DNA of 62,502 bases, counting the filler, from Chiloscyllium plagiosum (Eukaryota), in the NCBI RefSeq assembly GCF_004010195.1. It is 5 parts of one record of this genome, joined end to end, with 100 filler letters (N's around TTAATTAATTAA, not from the genome) between each part and the next. Parts side by side here need not be neighbours in the genome. Positions count along the whole stretch, not along the records: positions 1 to 19,693 come from NC_057711.1; positions 19,794 to 28,491 come from NC_057711.1; 3 more parts are not named here. One strand, given 5' to 3'. Of the stretch, positions 13,706 to 25,795 are shown piece after piece. Every line of letters begins with the position of its first letter. The first letter of the stretch is position 1. Below the pieces are notes generated by a model. That model saw only the letters and a program-made list of their open reading frames with translations, was not told the origin of the DNA and ran no database searches. Made by a program: the position numbers and the translations under genes.

Positions 13706-14825
13706 TTTTGAACGCATTGGTTAATACTAAAGCAGGCCAGTGTAGACTTTAATTATCCCTCTTTGACTAACATTTCCATTGATCAATATCCAAATTATCA
13801 ACATTTTTTCGTAACATTGTTTGGTGAGGGTCACAGGGCTTTCTCTTCATGTTGAGGCCTAAATTTATCACCCAGTCAAAACAACAGGAGCAGAAAAAGA
13901 TTATAAAGTATTTATTAACTTATAAATAAAAGTTATTTAATCCATCATGACTTGCACTAAGTTGTTGTCTACGTGACAATGGTGTCTACACTCATACAGT
14001 GTTTGTTATGTTATCTCCCCAGCTGATAACACTGTTGGACAAATCAGATCCCAGAATGAAACTTGGTTTGATAGATCATATGTTTAATACTTTTTACTGA
14101 TGGTTAGTCATCGAAACTTTCTCACACAAGGCTGCGAATGTTCATTGTTAACTGACATCTGTTTGTTAACAAAATAAAAAAAAGCAAACCAAGCAATATA
14201 GGTATGAAAACAGTTTTGAAAACATAAACAACAAAACAAATTTTAACCTGTTTCCCAGAGTATGTAGCACATTTGCTGATTTCCAGAGAAATTATCCTCC
14301 TTTCCCAACTCTTTAAATTTCTACTTCAGTGATTCCTTCTAATTTTCTTCCTGTACACTCCAGAAACAACTTTACGATTCTTTTCAGAGTCTGAGTGCAT
14401 TAATCTTTCACAATTCTGAGGGCCTAAATTTTGTCATTTCTAACAACTTCAAGACTCAGTGGATTGGAAACTTCACATTTCAGTTAAGGTGGCTGGTTCC
14501 TCTGAAATGAGTTATACCCTTATTTCTTCTGAACTAAATTTAACAATATTCTGAAGAGCAGTCATGTCAGACCCCAAACATCAACTTTGTTTGTCTCTCT
14601 GTAAATGCTGCTAGAAAAACTGAGTTTCTCCAGCATTCTCTGTATGTTTCAGATTTCCAGTAACTGGAAATATTTTTACCATATTCTTTGAACAAGTTAA
14701 TTCTTCTGTCTGAAATCAAACTAAACCAATAGCTTTGTTCCATTTACTTCACCTGTCACAAACTCACCAGTATAAACTTATCCATAAACACAATGGAGGC
14801 TCTCCCAGGCTCTTAATTACATTCA

Positions 14826-15097
14826 GAGCTGAAAATGTGTTGCTGGAAAAGCGCAGCAGGTCAGGCAGCATCCAAGGAGCAGGAAAATCGACGTTTCGGG
14901 ATTTCCAACGCCCCTCCCCCAGGTCCCTCCTCCCTACCTTTTATCTTAGCCTGCTGGACACACTTTCCTCATTCCTGAAGAAGGGCTCTGCCCGAAACAT
15001 CGATTCTCCTGCTCCTTGGATGCTGCCTGACCTGCTGCGCTTTTCCAGCAACACATTTTCAGCTCTGATCTCCAACATCTGCAGTCCTCACTTTTCC
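14826..15097. mobile_element. Penelope fold-back insertion (inverted partial pLTR + pLTR with tail)
   Basis: TSD CTCTTAATTA(C/T)ATTCA at 14810-14825 and 15098-15113; ~75-bp inverted arms; hammerhead core at 14975-15001 with GAAACATC variant. Confidence 0.85.
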
Positions 15098-16252
15098 CTC
15101 TTAATTATATTCACACTGTTTTTAATAATGACATATTTATGTCACTGACCTGGAATGATTTTCTGACCTTGTTAAAAAAAACTTCACAGAACTGACAAAA
15201 TTTCCTCTACCTCTATTTTAGTGTCCATCTTCCAAAAATGGTAAAAGGATATCAAATACATCATTCATTTCCATTGTGTGTGAAATATTTGGAACACTGC
15301 CTGATAGGTATTATATAAAAGTTGCTTCTTCCTTTACAATGGCCAAATTATATTAAAGCAGGATTAGATCTAACATTCAGTCTTAAGGAGCAAAGAAAAT
15401 TGGCCCTAATCTATATTACAGGCCATGATCAAGAGTGAAGGAAAAATCTTAGAAGGAATCAGTTCAGTAGAAATGTAAAGAGTTGGAAAGGAAGGATAAT
15501 TTTTCTGGAAATAGTTAAGGTCAATAAGTTGTATAAGAAAAGTAAGAGGTAAGAAGTCCTATACTTTTGACATCTTGGGAGAGAATAGTAAGAGCAAGAG
15601 GCAAAGAGCTGCGCAGTGTCTGGGATGGCATTTATCAGTGTAGGAAATGTGTAGGTGAGGTCATCGAAAGTTTTTATGACACAGGTAGATGGATTCATGT
15701 TTAATGGGGAAATTGAAGGCTATTGGGGGTAGACAGGAATGTGGAACTTGAAACATTTCAGTCTTATTTAAATGGTGGCCCAGAATCAAAGAGCCAGAAT
15801 CAAATGGTTTGTCTCCATTTTAATTTCATATGAAATAGGAGAAATGAAGAAAGAAAATTCAGATGTAGACAGGTCAAACCGATTGATGAAATTCTGACTT
15901 ATTCAGAACACTTTACGTCAGATTGATATCAAAAGAGCAGTTTTCACAAACTACAGAAAATAGAATGACTTGAAAAGAAATTAGATAATGATCATGAACT
16001 GAGGCTTGGATAGACATTGATGACAAGTTGTTCTGAAGTATATGCTGAGAAAGTCGAGGGCTTTTGAGATATTCAAAGCCATTGCTATACAGAAAACTTG
16101 AAAAACAGAGTAAAGATGGGTTTTTGCAGATCTGAGGGCAATGGAGATAGTTAAAACACTGAAACTGATCATAAGTTTTAATAATAAAGTGATCAGAAAC
16201 AAATAGACAAGGAGAAGAAAAGATTAATGGAAGTAAGAGAGAAGTTGAAGAG

Positions 16253-16542
16253 ATCATAGAATCCCTGCAGTGTTGAAGCAGGCCATTCAGCCCATCGAGT
16301 CCACACCAATCTTCCAAAAAGCATCTCTCCCAGACCCACATCCTTACTCCTGCATTTCCCACGATCCCCTTAATCTGTACATCTTTGGACTATGGGAAGA
16401 AACCGAAGCACTCGGGGGAAGTCCGCACAGACATGAGGAAATTGTGCAAGTTCCACACAGACAGTTGTCTGAAGGTAGAATCAAACTCAGGTCCCTGGGG
16501 CTGTGAGGCATCAATGCCAACCACTGAGCCACCATGCCACCC
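16253..16542 (-). mobile_element. HE1-type V-SINE
   Basis: Reverse complement of HE1 head and V-domain. Confidence 0.85.
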
Positions 16543-17659
16543 CATACCCCAAATGGGTTAGTCAAGGAATAAGCTGAAGGGTTCCCATTACCATTAGGAC
16601 TATGGTATCACAGTTTAGGAAATAGAAATTTCCTTGTAATAACAGAAGACAGAGAGCAATGCAGATTATCTAACTGGGCTACAAACATATGAATAGACAC
16701 GATCAAGCTTCAAGCAAAACAAAACAGATGAAAGAATCTTTCCCTCCTTTGTGCCATGGACTCACAGCTAAAGCAGTTAATACTGTTACCAGCTTTGAAG
16801 TACAGCTGATGAAATAGAAGTTGGGTTATAAATATAGTCACAGTCAATTCCACACTGTTTGAAACAACGTTTTTCTTAAGCTGCTGAGATAGTGCAAATG
16901 TCAGTCTAAGAAAGATAAGCAGCCACATGTGAATAATGTAAGATATAAGAATAATTTGGTATTTCATTATTCAAGTTGATTTATCTTGTGATTGACTGGA
17001 GCTATATATTTTGTGGATTTTTGCTGGGGATTGCAGTGGAATCCATAGTAGCAAATGTACCGTGCCTATAGGAAGAATGGTTTCAATGGCCAAATTATCT
17101 TGTTTAGGTACATTTATAATATCTGGTTCCCAGTTTGATTAGAAATCTGCATATCTACTCTTGCTCAACTGAGTCAGCATTCACCTGTGCAAGGTGGCAA
17201 CTCATTCCCTTTTCCCCTTTCTACAATGTTACAGCACAAGCCTCAGATGGTCAGGGTGGAATTCATCAAAAGATGGAGTGATTTCTGATTAGTGCTTTTT
17301 TTATAATTGCAGCAATGCTCTTGAAATACAGAAGTGTGTTTGTTTCAAGAGAATGATTCCATGTGTAAGTAGCGATCAAACAAAGCATGATTCACCTTTG
17401 TGTTTTTAACAGTACTTTATAAAGGCAATTTAGCAGAAGCATAATAAAAATCAAGTTAAGAGAGATCAAGAACACAGTGGGTGGAATGGCTGGGGGAATA
17501 TGGTGGGCCTGGAAGAGTGTTATCCTCGTTTTAATCTCTTCAACCTGCTGGATTCTATCCAACTTGCCTGATATTATGCTTTTTCCTGTTGTCTTTTGTA
17601 AACATAATTTCAATAATTTAACAATTTGTGTGCAAACATTCTTAAACAGGGAGAGGTGA

Positions 17660-17890
17660 TTCTGTAAAGGCATTAGCATTGGACTGGAAGTTAAAGAACC
17701 AGATATGATCTGGGACCTAGGTTTGAATCTCATTATATGAGAGGTAGTGGAATATGATTTTTTTAAAATTTGGAATTGAAAGTCTAATGATTACCTTGAA
17801 ACCACTGTTGATTATCATAAACACCCACTTAGTTCACTAATGTCCTTCAACGAAGGAAATCTGTCACCTAGTCTGACCTACATTTGACTC
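17660..17890 (+). mobile_element. Old SINE-like repeat (family unnamed); related copies at ~32035-32530 (+), ~43960-44260 (-), ~45085-45345 (+)
   Basis: Shared blocks ggttcaaat/ggtttgaatc...aaatctggaatt...gttcactaatgtccttc...acatgtgactccag. Confidence 0.6.
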
Positions 17891-18012
17891 ATATCTCTGC
17901 ACTTCCACACACATCATCCACTGTATCCTATGCTCTCGAAGTGGTCTCCTCTATACTGGGGAGACAGGATTCCTGCTTGCAGAACACATCAGAGAACATC
18001 TCTGGGACACAC
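17890..18012 (+). mobile_element. Penelope GIY-YIG endonuclease fragment
   Basis: CTSTHIIHCILCSRSGLLYTGETGFLLAEHIREHL, a decayed VVYCIxCxxCxLxYIGET motif. Confidence 0.7.
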
Positions 18013-18549
18013 ACATGGAACAACCATAGAACAGGCTGTCACCATAGGACAGGACTACACACCGCAAAAAAACGGCACCAAAAGAAAAAAAATGGCCAAA
18101 TTAACACACAACAAAGAGGACACCACAACACACACCTGGGTTAAAAACCTCTCCCACAGACAGCTCACAGACACGGAAAGAACAATACTGGCCAAGGGAC
18201 TCAACTACAACCACAGGGACGCCAAGACAGCAGACTTCCTAGCAGCACTAGAATGCACACTCAGGAACAATGGACTGACAGAAGAGACACAACAAACAGT
18301 GAGACAAACGGTCGTACCTATGATAATAAGGAAAAGACAAACACATAACCTCAAAACCAAGGAGAGGGAAGCACTGAAATCACTAAGAAACGATAAGAAC
18401 ATAATCATACTACCAGCAGACAAAGGCAGAATGACGCTTATCCTGGACAAAGCAGAGTACATCCAAAAAGCACAACAACTACTTGAAGATACCAACACCT
18501 ACCAAAAGAGGGAGTTTGACCCCACCACACAGCTCACCAATAGGATAAA
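18013..18549 (+). mobile_element. Penelope-like ORF, N-terminal region preceding the RT
   Basis: VKNLSHRQLT...LAKGLNY...NLKTKEREALKSLRNDKNIIILPADKGRMTLILDKAEY (ADKG motif). Confidence 0.9.
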
Positions 18550-19025
18550 NNNNNNNNNNNNNNNNNNNNNNNNNNNNNNNNNNNNNNNNNNNNNNNNNNN
18601 NNNNNNNNNNNNNNNNNNNNNNNNNNNNNNNNNNNNNNNNNNNNNNNNNNNNNNNNNNNNNNNNNNNNNNNNNNNNNNNNNNNNNNNNNNNNNNNNNNNN
18701 NNNNNNNNNNNNNNNNNNNNNNNNNNNNNNNNNNNNNNNNNNNNNNNNNNNNNNNNNNNNNNNNNNNNNNNNNNNNNNNNNNNNNNNNNNNNNNNNNNNN
18801 NNNNNNNNNNNNNNNNNNNNNNNNNNNNNNNNNNNNNNNNNNNNNNNNNNNNNNNNNNNNNNNNNNNNNNNNNNNNNNNNNNNNNNNNNNNNNNNNNNNN
18901 NNNNNNNNNNNNNNNNNNNNNNNNNNNNNNNNNNNNNNNNNNNNNNNNNNNNNNNNNNNNNNNNNNNNNNNNNNNNNNNNNNNNNNNNNNNNNNNNNNNN
19001 NNNNNNNNNNNNNNNNNNNNNNNNN
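18550..19025. other. Assembly gap inside a Penelope element
   Basis: 476 N, no linker core. Confidence 0.95.
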
Positions 19026-19430
19026 TTGTGGTGGTTGCTTTCATAGTTCAGGACTTGGTCTGTGTGTGTGGCTTACCTTAGTGGTGAATTCTCCGTTTGG
19101 TGTTCTCTGTATCCTCACGTCTAGGAATGGGAGTTGGTTGTCCTTTTCTTCCTCTCTCATGAATCGGATTCCTGTGAGTGTGGCGTTGATGATCCGGTGT
19201 GTATTCTCTATTTCTGTGTTTTTAATGATTCCAAAGGTGTCATCAACGTATCTGACCCAGAGTTTGGGTTGAATTTGTGGTAAGACTGTTTGTTCTAACC
19301 TTTGCATTACTGTTTCTGCTATGAGTGCCGAGATCGGTGAGCCCAAAGGTGAGTCCGTTGATTTGTTCGTATATCGGTTGTTGAATGTGAAGTGTGTTGT
19401 GAGGCACAAGTCCAGTAGTTTAAGTACACC
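19026..19430 (-). mobile_element. Penelope-like RT core, inverted relative to its flanks
   Basis: LLDLCLTTHFTFN...GSPISALIAETVMQRLE...WVRYVDDTF...LPFLDV. Confidence 0.9.
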
Positions 19431-19469
19431 ACAAGTACAGAGTTCCAGTACCACAAAAGACTACTGCGA

Positions 19470-19555
19470 CCACTCGGACTTATAACAGCACACAAACCAA
19501 CAGGCACTCTCAGACAACAACTCACCAAAACGAAGGACCCGATACCCAGCATGAG
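19470..19555 (+). mobile_element. Penelope-like RT-to-endonuclease linker fragment
   Basis: RLLRPLGLITAHKPTGTLRQQLTKTKDPIPSMS. Confidence 0.65.
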
Positions 19556-19693
19556 CACTGTTGCCTCACAGCGCCAGAGACCCGGGTTCAATACCCGCCT
19601 CAGGCGACTGACTGTGTGGAGTATGCACGTTCTCCCCGTGTCTGCGTGGGTTTCCTCCGGGTGCTCCGGTTTCCTCCCACAGTCCAAAGATGT
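19553..19693 (+). mobile_element. HE1-type V-SINE, truncated by the segment end
   Basis: agcactgttgcctcacagcgccagagacccgggttcaat plus V-domain. Confidence 0.85.
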
Positions 19694-19793
19694 NNNNNNN
19701 NNNNNNNNNNNNNNNNNNNNNNNNNNNNNNNNNNNNNTTAATTAATTAANNNNNNNNNNNNNNNNNNNNNNNNNNNNNNNNNNNNNNNNNNNN
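19694..19793. other. Artificial contig-joining linker
   Basis: N44 + TTAATTAATTAA (stop codons in all six frames) + N44 = 100 bp. Confidence 0.95.
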
Positions 19794-20007
19794 GGGGAAG
19801 CAAAAATCATGGAGGAGGTGGAGGGCATGGGTGCTGTCCCGAACGTAGGTGGGGAGTTCATGGACTAAAGGGGACAGGACCGTGTCGAGGTATGCAGAGA
19901 TGAGTGAGGTGGGGCAGGAGCAGGCTGAGACAATGGGTCGGCCGGGACAGTCAGGTTTGTGGATTTTGGGCAGGAGGTAGAAACGGGTGGTGCGGTGTTG
20001 TGGGAAT
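19794..20007 (-). mobile_element. Penelope-like RT fragment
   Basis: Minus-strand RFYLLPKIHKPDCPGRPIVSACSCPTSLISAYLDTVLSPLVHELPTYVRDSTHAL. Confidence 0.9.
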
Positions 20008-20380
20008 CACGCCCAACCCCGCTCCCACTCCCAGCTCCAGCCCCACACCAGGTCCTAGCTCCCAGCCCTGCCGCGTTTTCACCATCCCTCCAGAACTACC
20101 CCTCTCTGAGGATGAAAGATCAGTCCTCAGCAGAGGCCTCACGTTCATTCCCCTACGCTCTCGGATTAACAAATTCTTCCGCCGCCTTCGCCTACGCGCC
20201 TACTTCTTCAACCAGGATGCTCGCCCACCGTGCTTGACACACTCTCCTCATTCCTGAAGAAGGGCTCATGTCCGAAACGTCGAATCTCCTGCTTCTTAGA
20301 TGCTGCCTGACCTGCTGTGCCTTTCCAGCAACATATTTTCAGCTCTGATCTCCAGCATCTGCAGTCCTCACTTTCTCCTC
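20008..20380 (+). mobile_element. Penelope N-terminal ORF fragment joined to pLTR and tail
   Basis: LSEDERSVLSRGLTFIP...FFRRLRLRAYF, then hammerhead core and tail ...gcagtcctcactttctcctc. Confidence 0.85.
20250..20285 (+). ncRNA. Minimal hammerhead ribozyme motif
   Basis: ATTC-CTGAAGA-a-GGGC-tcat-GTCC-GAAACGTC-GAAT; stem I ATTC/GAAT fully paired. Confidence 0.7.
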
Positions 20381-21599
20381 TGAGAACCGTCTGCACTGTC
20401 TATAATAAAAACCGTAGGAGCATGCTATTTCATTCTATCAGTCAATCATTTGAGATATATGACGTATGTACTTGGTATTGCATTGGCACTGATATTTCTG
20501 AGGTGCTGTTTGATTTGTGTAATAGGCAGAATGCGTCTTGAATTGATAGCAATTGCAGTATTTTGCTTTCATATTTAATGCTTACTTGTATACAGGGAAA
20601 TTTATATATCTCTGACAGATAGAAATGGAATGAATGTTTTACAAATAGAATTATAATATGCTGATTTTATTTTAGAAAAATATGGTAAATATGAAGTTTT
20701 GAAAACTTAATTATTGGTTCCTTTTTTTGATAAAATTATCTTGCCATCTTGTGTTTTCGATTTTTGGCTTTATTTAAAAATTGGAAGGCGTAAAATTCTG
20801 TCACCTTCATAGTTAAAAGAAAATCAGCCGTCTTTCATACTGATGCATGGCTGACTTGTCCAGCCACTTCTGAGGGCAGTAAATTGTCAAATGACTGTAC
20901 TTCATTTCAGGCGGTTAGGCCATTTGGCTGGACAACTAGTTTACGATGATGTAAACAATATGGATTCAAATCCCGTGTCAGCTGAGGTACCTTGATGGAC
21001 TCCCCTCTTTACCATACCTTAAGCAGGAGAGAGGTTAACCCTCAAAACTAGTTAAACTACAACCAGTCAGTTCTCTCTACCAAGTCTTTCTGCCACCTCC
21101 CTGTTTCCTCAGTACTACCTGTCCCCCCATCTATCTTTGTGTCATTTGTAGGACTATGACAACTTTACCTTCTATTTAAGAAGACTAGGTTCAAGACTAG
21201 ATCTAACAACTTATCAGTACACCAAGAGATAGTTAGTAAATGTTGGTTTTCACATGACATGTCCTGAAGTAATTGAGGGAAAGGAAGGTGGATTAGCAGA
21301 ATTGTAAAGATCTGGAGTGCATGGTAAGCATTCATACAACTGTTGTAACCTAATAATCAGAATCATTGTTAATGCTTTGGTAAGTTCATTCCATTTATGA
21401 TGCAGTTTAAATTGTGCTGCTGAGGACATGTAGAAAGTCAATGTAAACTGCATTTTGTTGTGAATCTGAGTAAGGAATCGAGAGAGAATTTGATTAGTAA
21501 CAACAATCTTGGGGGAAAAAAACACGAGAGGAAAACTATCTTGCACATTCATGCTTCAAAGTGTACTCAAGAATGTGAGTGATTTTCACAGGTTTTGAG

Positions 21600-23080
21600 A
21601 CTGGAGAAGTAGTAAATAGGGAACAAAGAAATGGCAGAGGAACTAAATAGATGCTTTGCCTCTGTCTTCATGGTGGAAGACACCTTAGTAAATCAGAATT
21701 TTGAGAGTCAGGGGCGGAGGTGAGTATATTGGCCGTCACTAAGGAGAGGACTCTGGAAAGCTGAAAGGTTTGAATATGGATGATTCACCCAGATGAGATG
21801 GACTGCATCCCAGAGTTCTGAAGGAGATAGCTGAGAAGATTTGTAGAGGTATTGGTGATCTTTTCAAGAATCCGGAGTCAGGGAGGGTCCCAGCAGACTG
21901 GAAAATAGCTAATATAACAGAGGAGGGAGACAGAGGATGGGAAACTGTTGGCTGGTTCGCCTGACCTCTGTCGTTGGTAAGATTTTAGAGTCTATTATTA
22001 AGGATGGTATTGCAGAGTACTTGGAAGTACATGGTGAAATAGAATTGAGTCAGCATAGCTTCATCAAGAGGGGAGATATATGACAAATCTGCTAAGAATT
22101 CTTTGACGAGGTAATGAGAAATTTAGACAAAGTAGAGCCAGTGGATGTGTTATCTTTGGATTTCTTAGGCTTTTGATAAGTTGCTGCACAGGAGACTGGC
22201 TCTTAGCTTATTGAGTAATGGTGTTAGGAGCAAGGTACCAGCACAGATAGGATTAACTGATTTGGCAGAAGGCAGAGAGATGGGTTAAAGGTGTCTCTTT
22301 CAGGATGGCAGTGTAGTGTTCTGCAGGGTCGGTGCGACCATAGATATTCACATTAATGTATAACCGTTTGGACAAAGAAATTAAAGGTACTGTTGCTAAG
22401 TTTGATGATGAGCAGGGAGACTGTAGAAGGACCTGGACAGGCTAGAAAACTGGACAAAGATGGCAGATGGAATACAATGTGGGAAGGTGTGAAGTTAAGC
22501 ACTTTGGTAGGAAGAATAGAGGTATCGACTATTTCCTCAGTGGGTAAAAGCTTCAGAAATCTGAAGCACAAAGGGACTTGAGTCCTAGTTCAGGATTCTC
22601 TGAAGGTTAACATGCAGGTTTGTTGACAGTTAGGATGGCAAATGCAATGTTAGCATTCATTTTGAGGGTTGGAATACAAGAGCAGAGTTGTACTGATGGA
22701 GCTGTATGAGACTCTGGTCAGATTGCATTTGGAATATTGTGAGCAATCTTGGGCCCTGTATCTAAAGAAAGATGGGCTTGCCTTGGAAGGGTCCAAAGGT
22801 GGTTTACAAGAATGGTCCCAGGGATGAAGGGCCTATATATGAGGAGTGTTGAGAATGGAGTTTGTACTTGATGGAGTTTAGAAGGATCTGATTGAAACTT
22901 GCAGAATACTGAGAGGTCTGGATAGACGTAGAGAAAATGTTTCCACGAGTAAAAGACAATGGCCCGAGGGCACAGCCTTTGATTTGAGGGATGCCCCTTC
23001 AGATCTGAGATGACGAGGAATTTCTTTAGCCAGAGTGTGGTGACTCTGTAGAACTCATTGCCACAGAGTGCCGTGGAGGT
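21600..23080 (+). mobile_element. Degraded CR1 LINE ORF2
   Basis: gcatcccagagttctgaaggag, gactggaaaatagctaat, cagcatagcttc, ggaatattgtgagcaatcttgg motifs in collinear order. Confidence 0.8.
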
Positions 23081-23084
23081 GTAC

Positions 23085-23816
23085 TTGCAAGCAGTGGGGC
23101 TTGCATGTATCTGCTGCTGTTGTCCTTCTACTTGGTAATAGTCATGGATTTGGAAGCTGCTGTCTCAGAAGCCTTGATGCAGTTCTGCAGTGCATTTCAT
23201 AGATAGTACACACTGTTAATACTGAGCATCAGATTTGGAGGGACTGTATGTTTGTGCATGTGTTGCTCATCAGATGGGCTGCTTTGTCCCGGATGATGTC
23301 AACTCTCTTGTGTTGTTGGACTTGCAGTTATCTAGGCAAATCCAAAGTATGTTGTCACACTCCTGACTTGTGCCTTTTTAGAATAGAATAGAGTCCCCAC
23401 AGTGTGGAAACAGGCCATTTTGCCCAACAAGTCCACACTGACCCTCAAGTGTAACTCACCCAGACCCATTCCCCTACCCTATTGCCCTACATTTATCCTT
23501 GACTAATGCACCTAATACTATGGGCATTCAGCATGGCATGTTCACCTGATCTGCACATCTTTGGACTGTGGGATGAAGCCGGAGGAAACCCACACAGACA
23601 CTGGGAGAATGTGAGTGGAGCTTGCACAGTCACCTGAGGTTGGAATCAAGCCCGGGTCCCTGGCACTGTGAGGCAGCAGTGCTAACCACTGAGCCACCAT
23701 GCTGGCCTTTTAGATGGTGGATGGACTTTAGCAAGTCAGGAGATGATGCCTGCTGCAAGATTCCTTGCTTCTGAAATGCTTCTGTAGCCACTTTCTTTGT
23801 ATGACTACTCCAGCTC
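23085..23816 (-). mobile_element. Non-LTR retrotransposon fragment (RTE-X/CR1-group-like, family uncertain), interrupted by an HE1 SINE
   Basis: Complementary to the LINE piece at 32538-32740 (caagtcaggag; tcacactcctgacttgtgcctt). Confidence 0.5.
23379..23703 (-). mobile_element. HE1-type V-SINE
   Basis: Reverse-complement HE1, flanked by a gcctttt(t)aga repeat. Confidence 0.88.
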
Positions 23817-23819
23817 AAA

Positions 23820-24990
23820 TGGTACTAGCATGAGTAGTCTATAGGCCCTGTAAGAGCTATACTATGGGTCAGAATAAGTCTGGAGATAATAAGGGCATTA
23901 TAAAAATGCAGTACGTTGATCATGGGTGAATCTTTGTGTCAAGTGTAATTGTCAATTTTGCACACCGTAGCCATGAGAGAGAATTCATGCTGTATTTGGG
24001 ACAGTTTCCTAGAACAACATATTGCGGACCAACCAGGGATTAGGCTATGTTTGATCTGGTGATGAGTCATGAGAATGGCATAATTGATTAAACCGGAGTA
24101 GAAGATCACCTAGGAAATAGTGACCACCACACAGTAGAATGCAGCATTCAGTTTGAGAAGGAGGATCTTAGGCCAGAATCAAATGTGCTAAGGGTAATTA
24201 CAAAGAAATGAGGGCAGAGCTTGTTGGAGTGGACTGGGAAATGAGTTTAACAGCAAAGATGGTTAAGGACAATTAGCAGATGATTAAGAAAATAGTTCAA
24301 GGCTCTGTGAGAAATAAGGATTTGTGAAAGGGAAGAAGCAAGACATGGTTAACCAGGGAAGTTAAGGAGAGCATCAGATTGAAAGTGAACATGTACGACG
24401 TGCCAAAAATTAGTGCTAAGCCAGAGGATTGGGCAAGTGTTTTTTTTTTAAAAATGACAGAAGAAACGAGGAGATGCTGAACTTTGAGATAATGTTGCAA
24501 GTAATATCAAGATGGACAGTAAGAGCTTCTTTAAATGTATAATGATGAAAAGAGAAGCCAAAGTGAACATGAACCTCTTGGAGAACAAGGCTGGGGAATA
24601 ATAGGAGTCTAGAAAATTGAATAAGAGATGAATAAATACTTTGCATTAATTTTCATTGGAGAAGAAAACCTTTCAAAATTACCAAATAATAAATGAGTAA
24701 AAGGAAGAGAGGAAATAAAAGTAATAACTATCATGAGTCTTATGAAAGTGGCTGAAGACTGATAAGTTCTCTGGATCTGAAGGGATGCATCCAAGGATGT
24801 TAAAAGGAGTAGCTACAGAGAAGATTGATGCCCTGGTAGTAACCTTCCAAGGATCTTTGGATTTTGGGCATGTCCCAGAAGATTGGGAAAATTGTTAATG
24901 CAGCACCTTTTCATGAAAAGGGAAGGAGACCAAAAAGAACTGGTAACGAGAAATCTATCGGCTTAACATCAGTTTTTGGGAAATTGTTAA
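23820..24990 (+). mobile_element. Degraded CR1 ORF2 (endonuclease-RT interdomain)
   Basis: ctaggaaatagtgaccac (LGxSDH), catggttaaccaggg, gcatccaaggatgttaaa motifs. Confidence 0.7.
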
Positions 24991-25470
24991 GCGTCCAGTT
25001 GTAATGTCAGATTGACATTCCTGCCTATCCACACTCTCAAATATAAAAGTTCTACCTCTGCCTTGAAGATATTCAGTTTCAACAATTGTCAGCCCACTGA
25101 AAAAAATGTTTGCTTCATCCATATGTTAAATGGGTAGTCCTTGTTTTCTTGAACTGTGATTCCTCGTTCTGGATTGTTCTGCAGGATGAAATGCTCTTTG
25201 CAGAAAACCTGTCCAGATTCCTGCATATTATGAGTTGAGGTCAAATTAAGTGAAACCTGTTCATTTTTGATTCTGGGGAGCTTTATTGGTTTATATAACC
25301 TAATTGTACGTCAGTATTCACATGGCTATTTAAACTTTTTCTATTTAAAACTGCTAGTTTACAGTCAAACTGCAACCTAATTGGTTTTATTTTTCTGTCT
25401 TCATGATGAAAATACCAGTTGTGCTCGATGTTCTAGAAATGTAGAAATATAATGGTGGTGTAAGGATCCG

Positions 25471-25795
25471 TATAGTGTGGAAACAGACCATTTTGACCCA
25501 ACAAGTCCACACTGACCATGCAAAGAGTATCTCACTCAGACCCTTTCCCTTAACCAATTATTTACATTTCCCCCAATACACCTAACCTGTACATCCCTGA
25601 AGACTGTGGGCAATTTAACATAGTTGTTTCACGTAACCTGCACAACTTCAGACTCTGAGGTGGAAACTGGAGCACCCAGAGGAAACTAACACAGGCAAAG
25701 GACGAATGTGAAAACTGCACACAGTTGCCTGAGACTGGAATTGAATCTGGGTCCATGGCGCTGAGAGACAACAATGCTAACCACTGAGCCGCTGT
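25471..25795 (-). mobile_element. HE1-type V-SINE, followed by an inverted tail fragment (25800-25850, +)
   Basis: Reverse-complement HE1. Confidence 0.8.

Noticed and set aside
14000..15260. Possible degraded solo LTRs here and at ~4715-5190, ~25880-26720 and ~51300-51600
   Set aside because: LTR-like composition only; I could not establish termini, TSD or PBS.
17930..19081. 383-aa ORF (and the 181-aa antisense ORF)
   Set aside because: The length comes from reading through 476 N; the real part is Penelope sequence.
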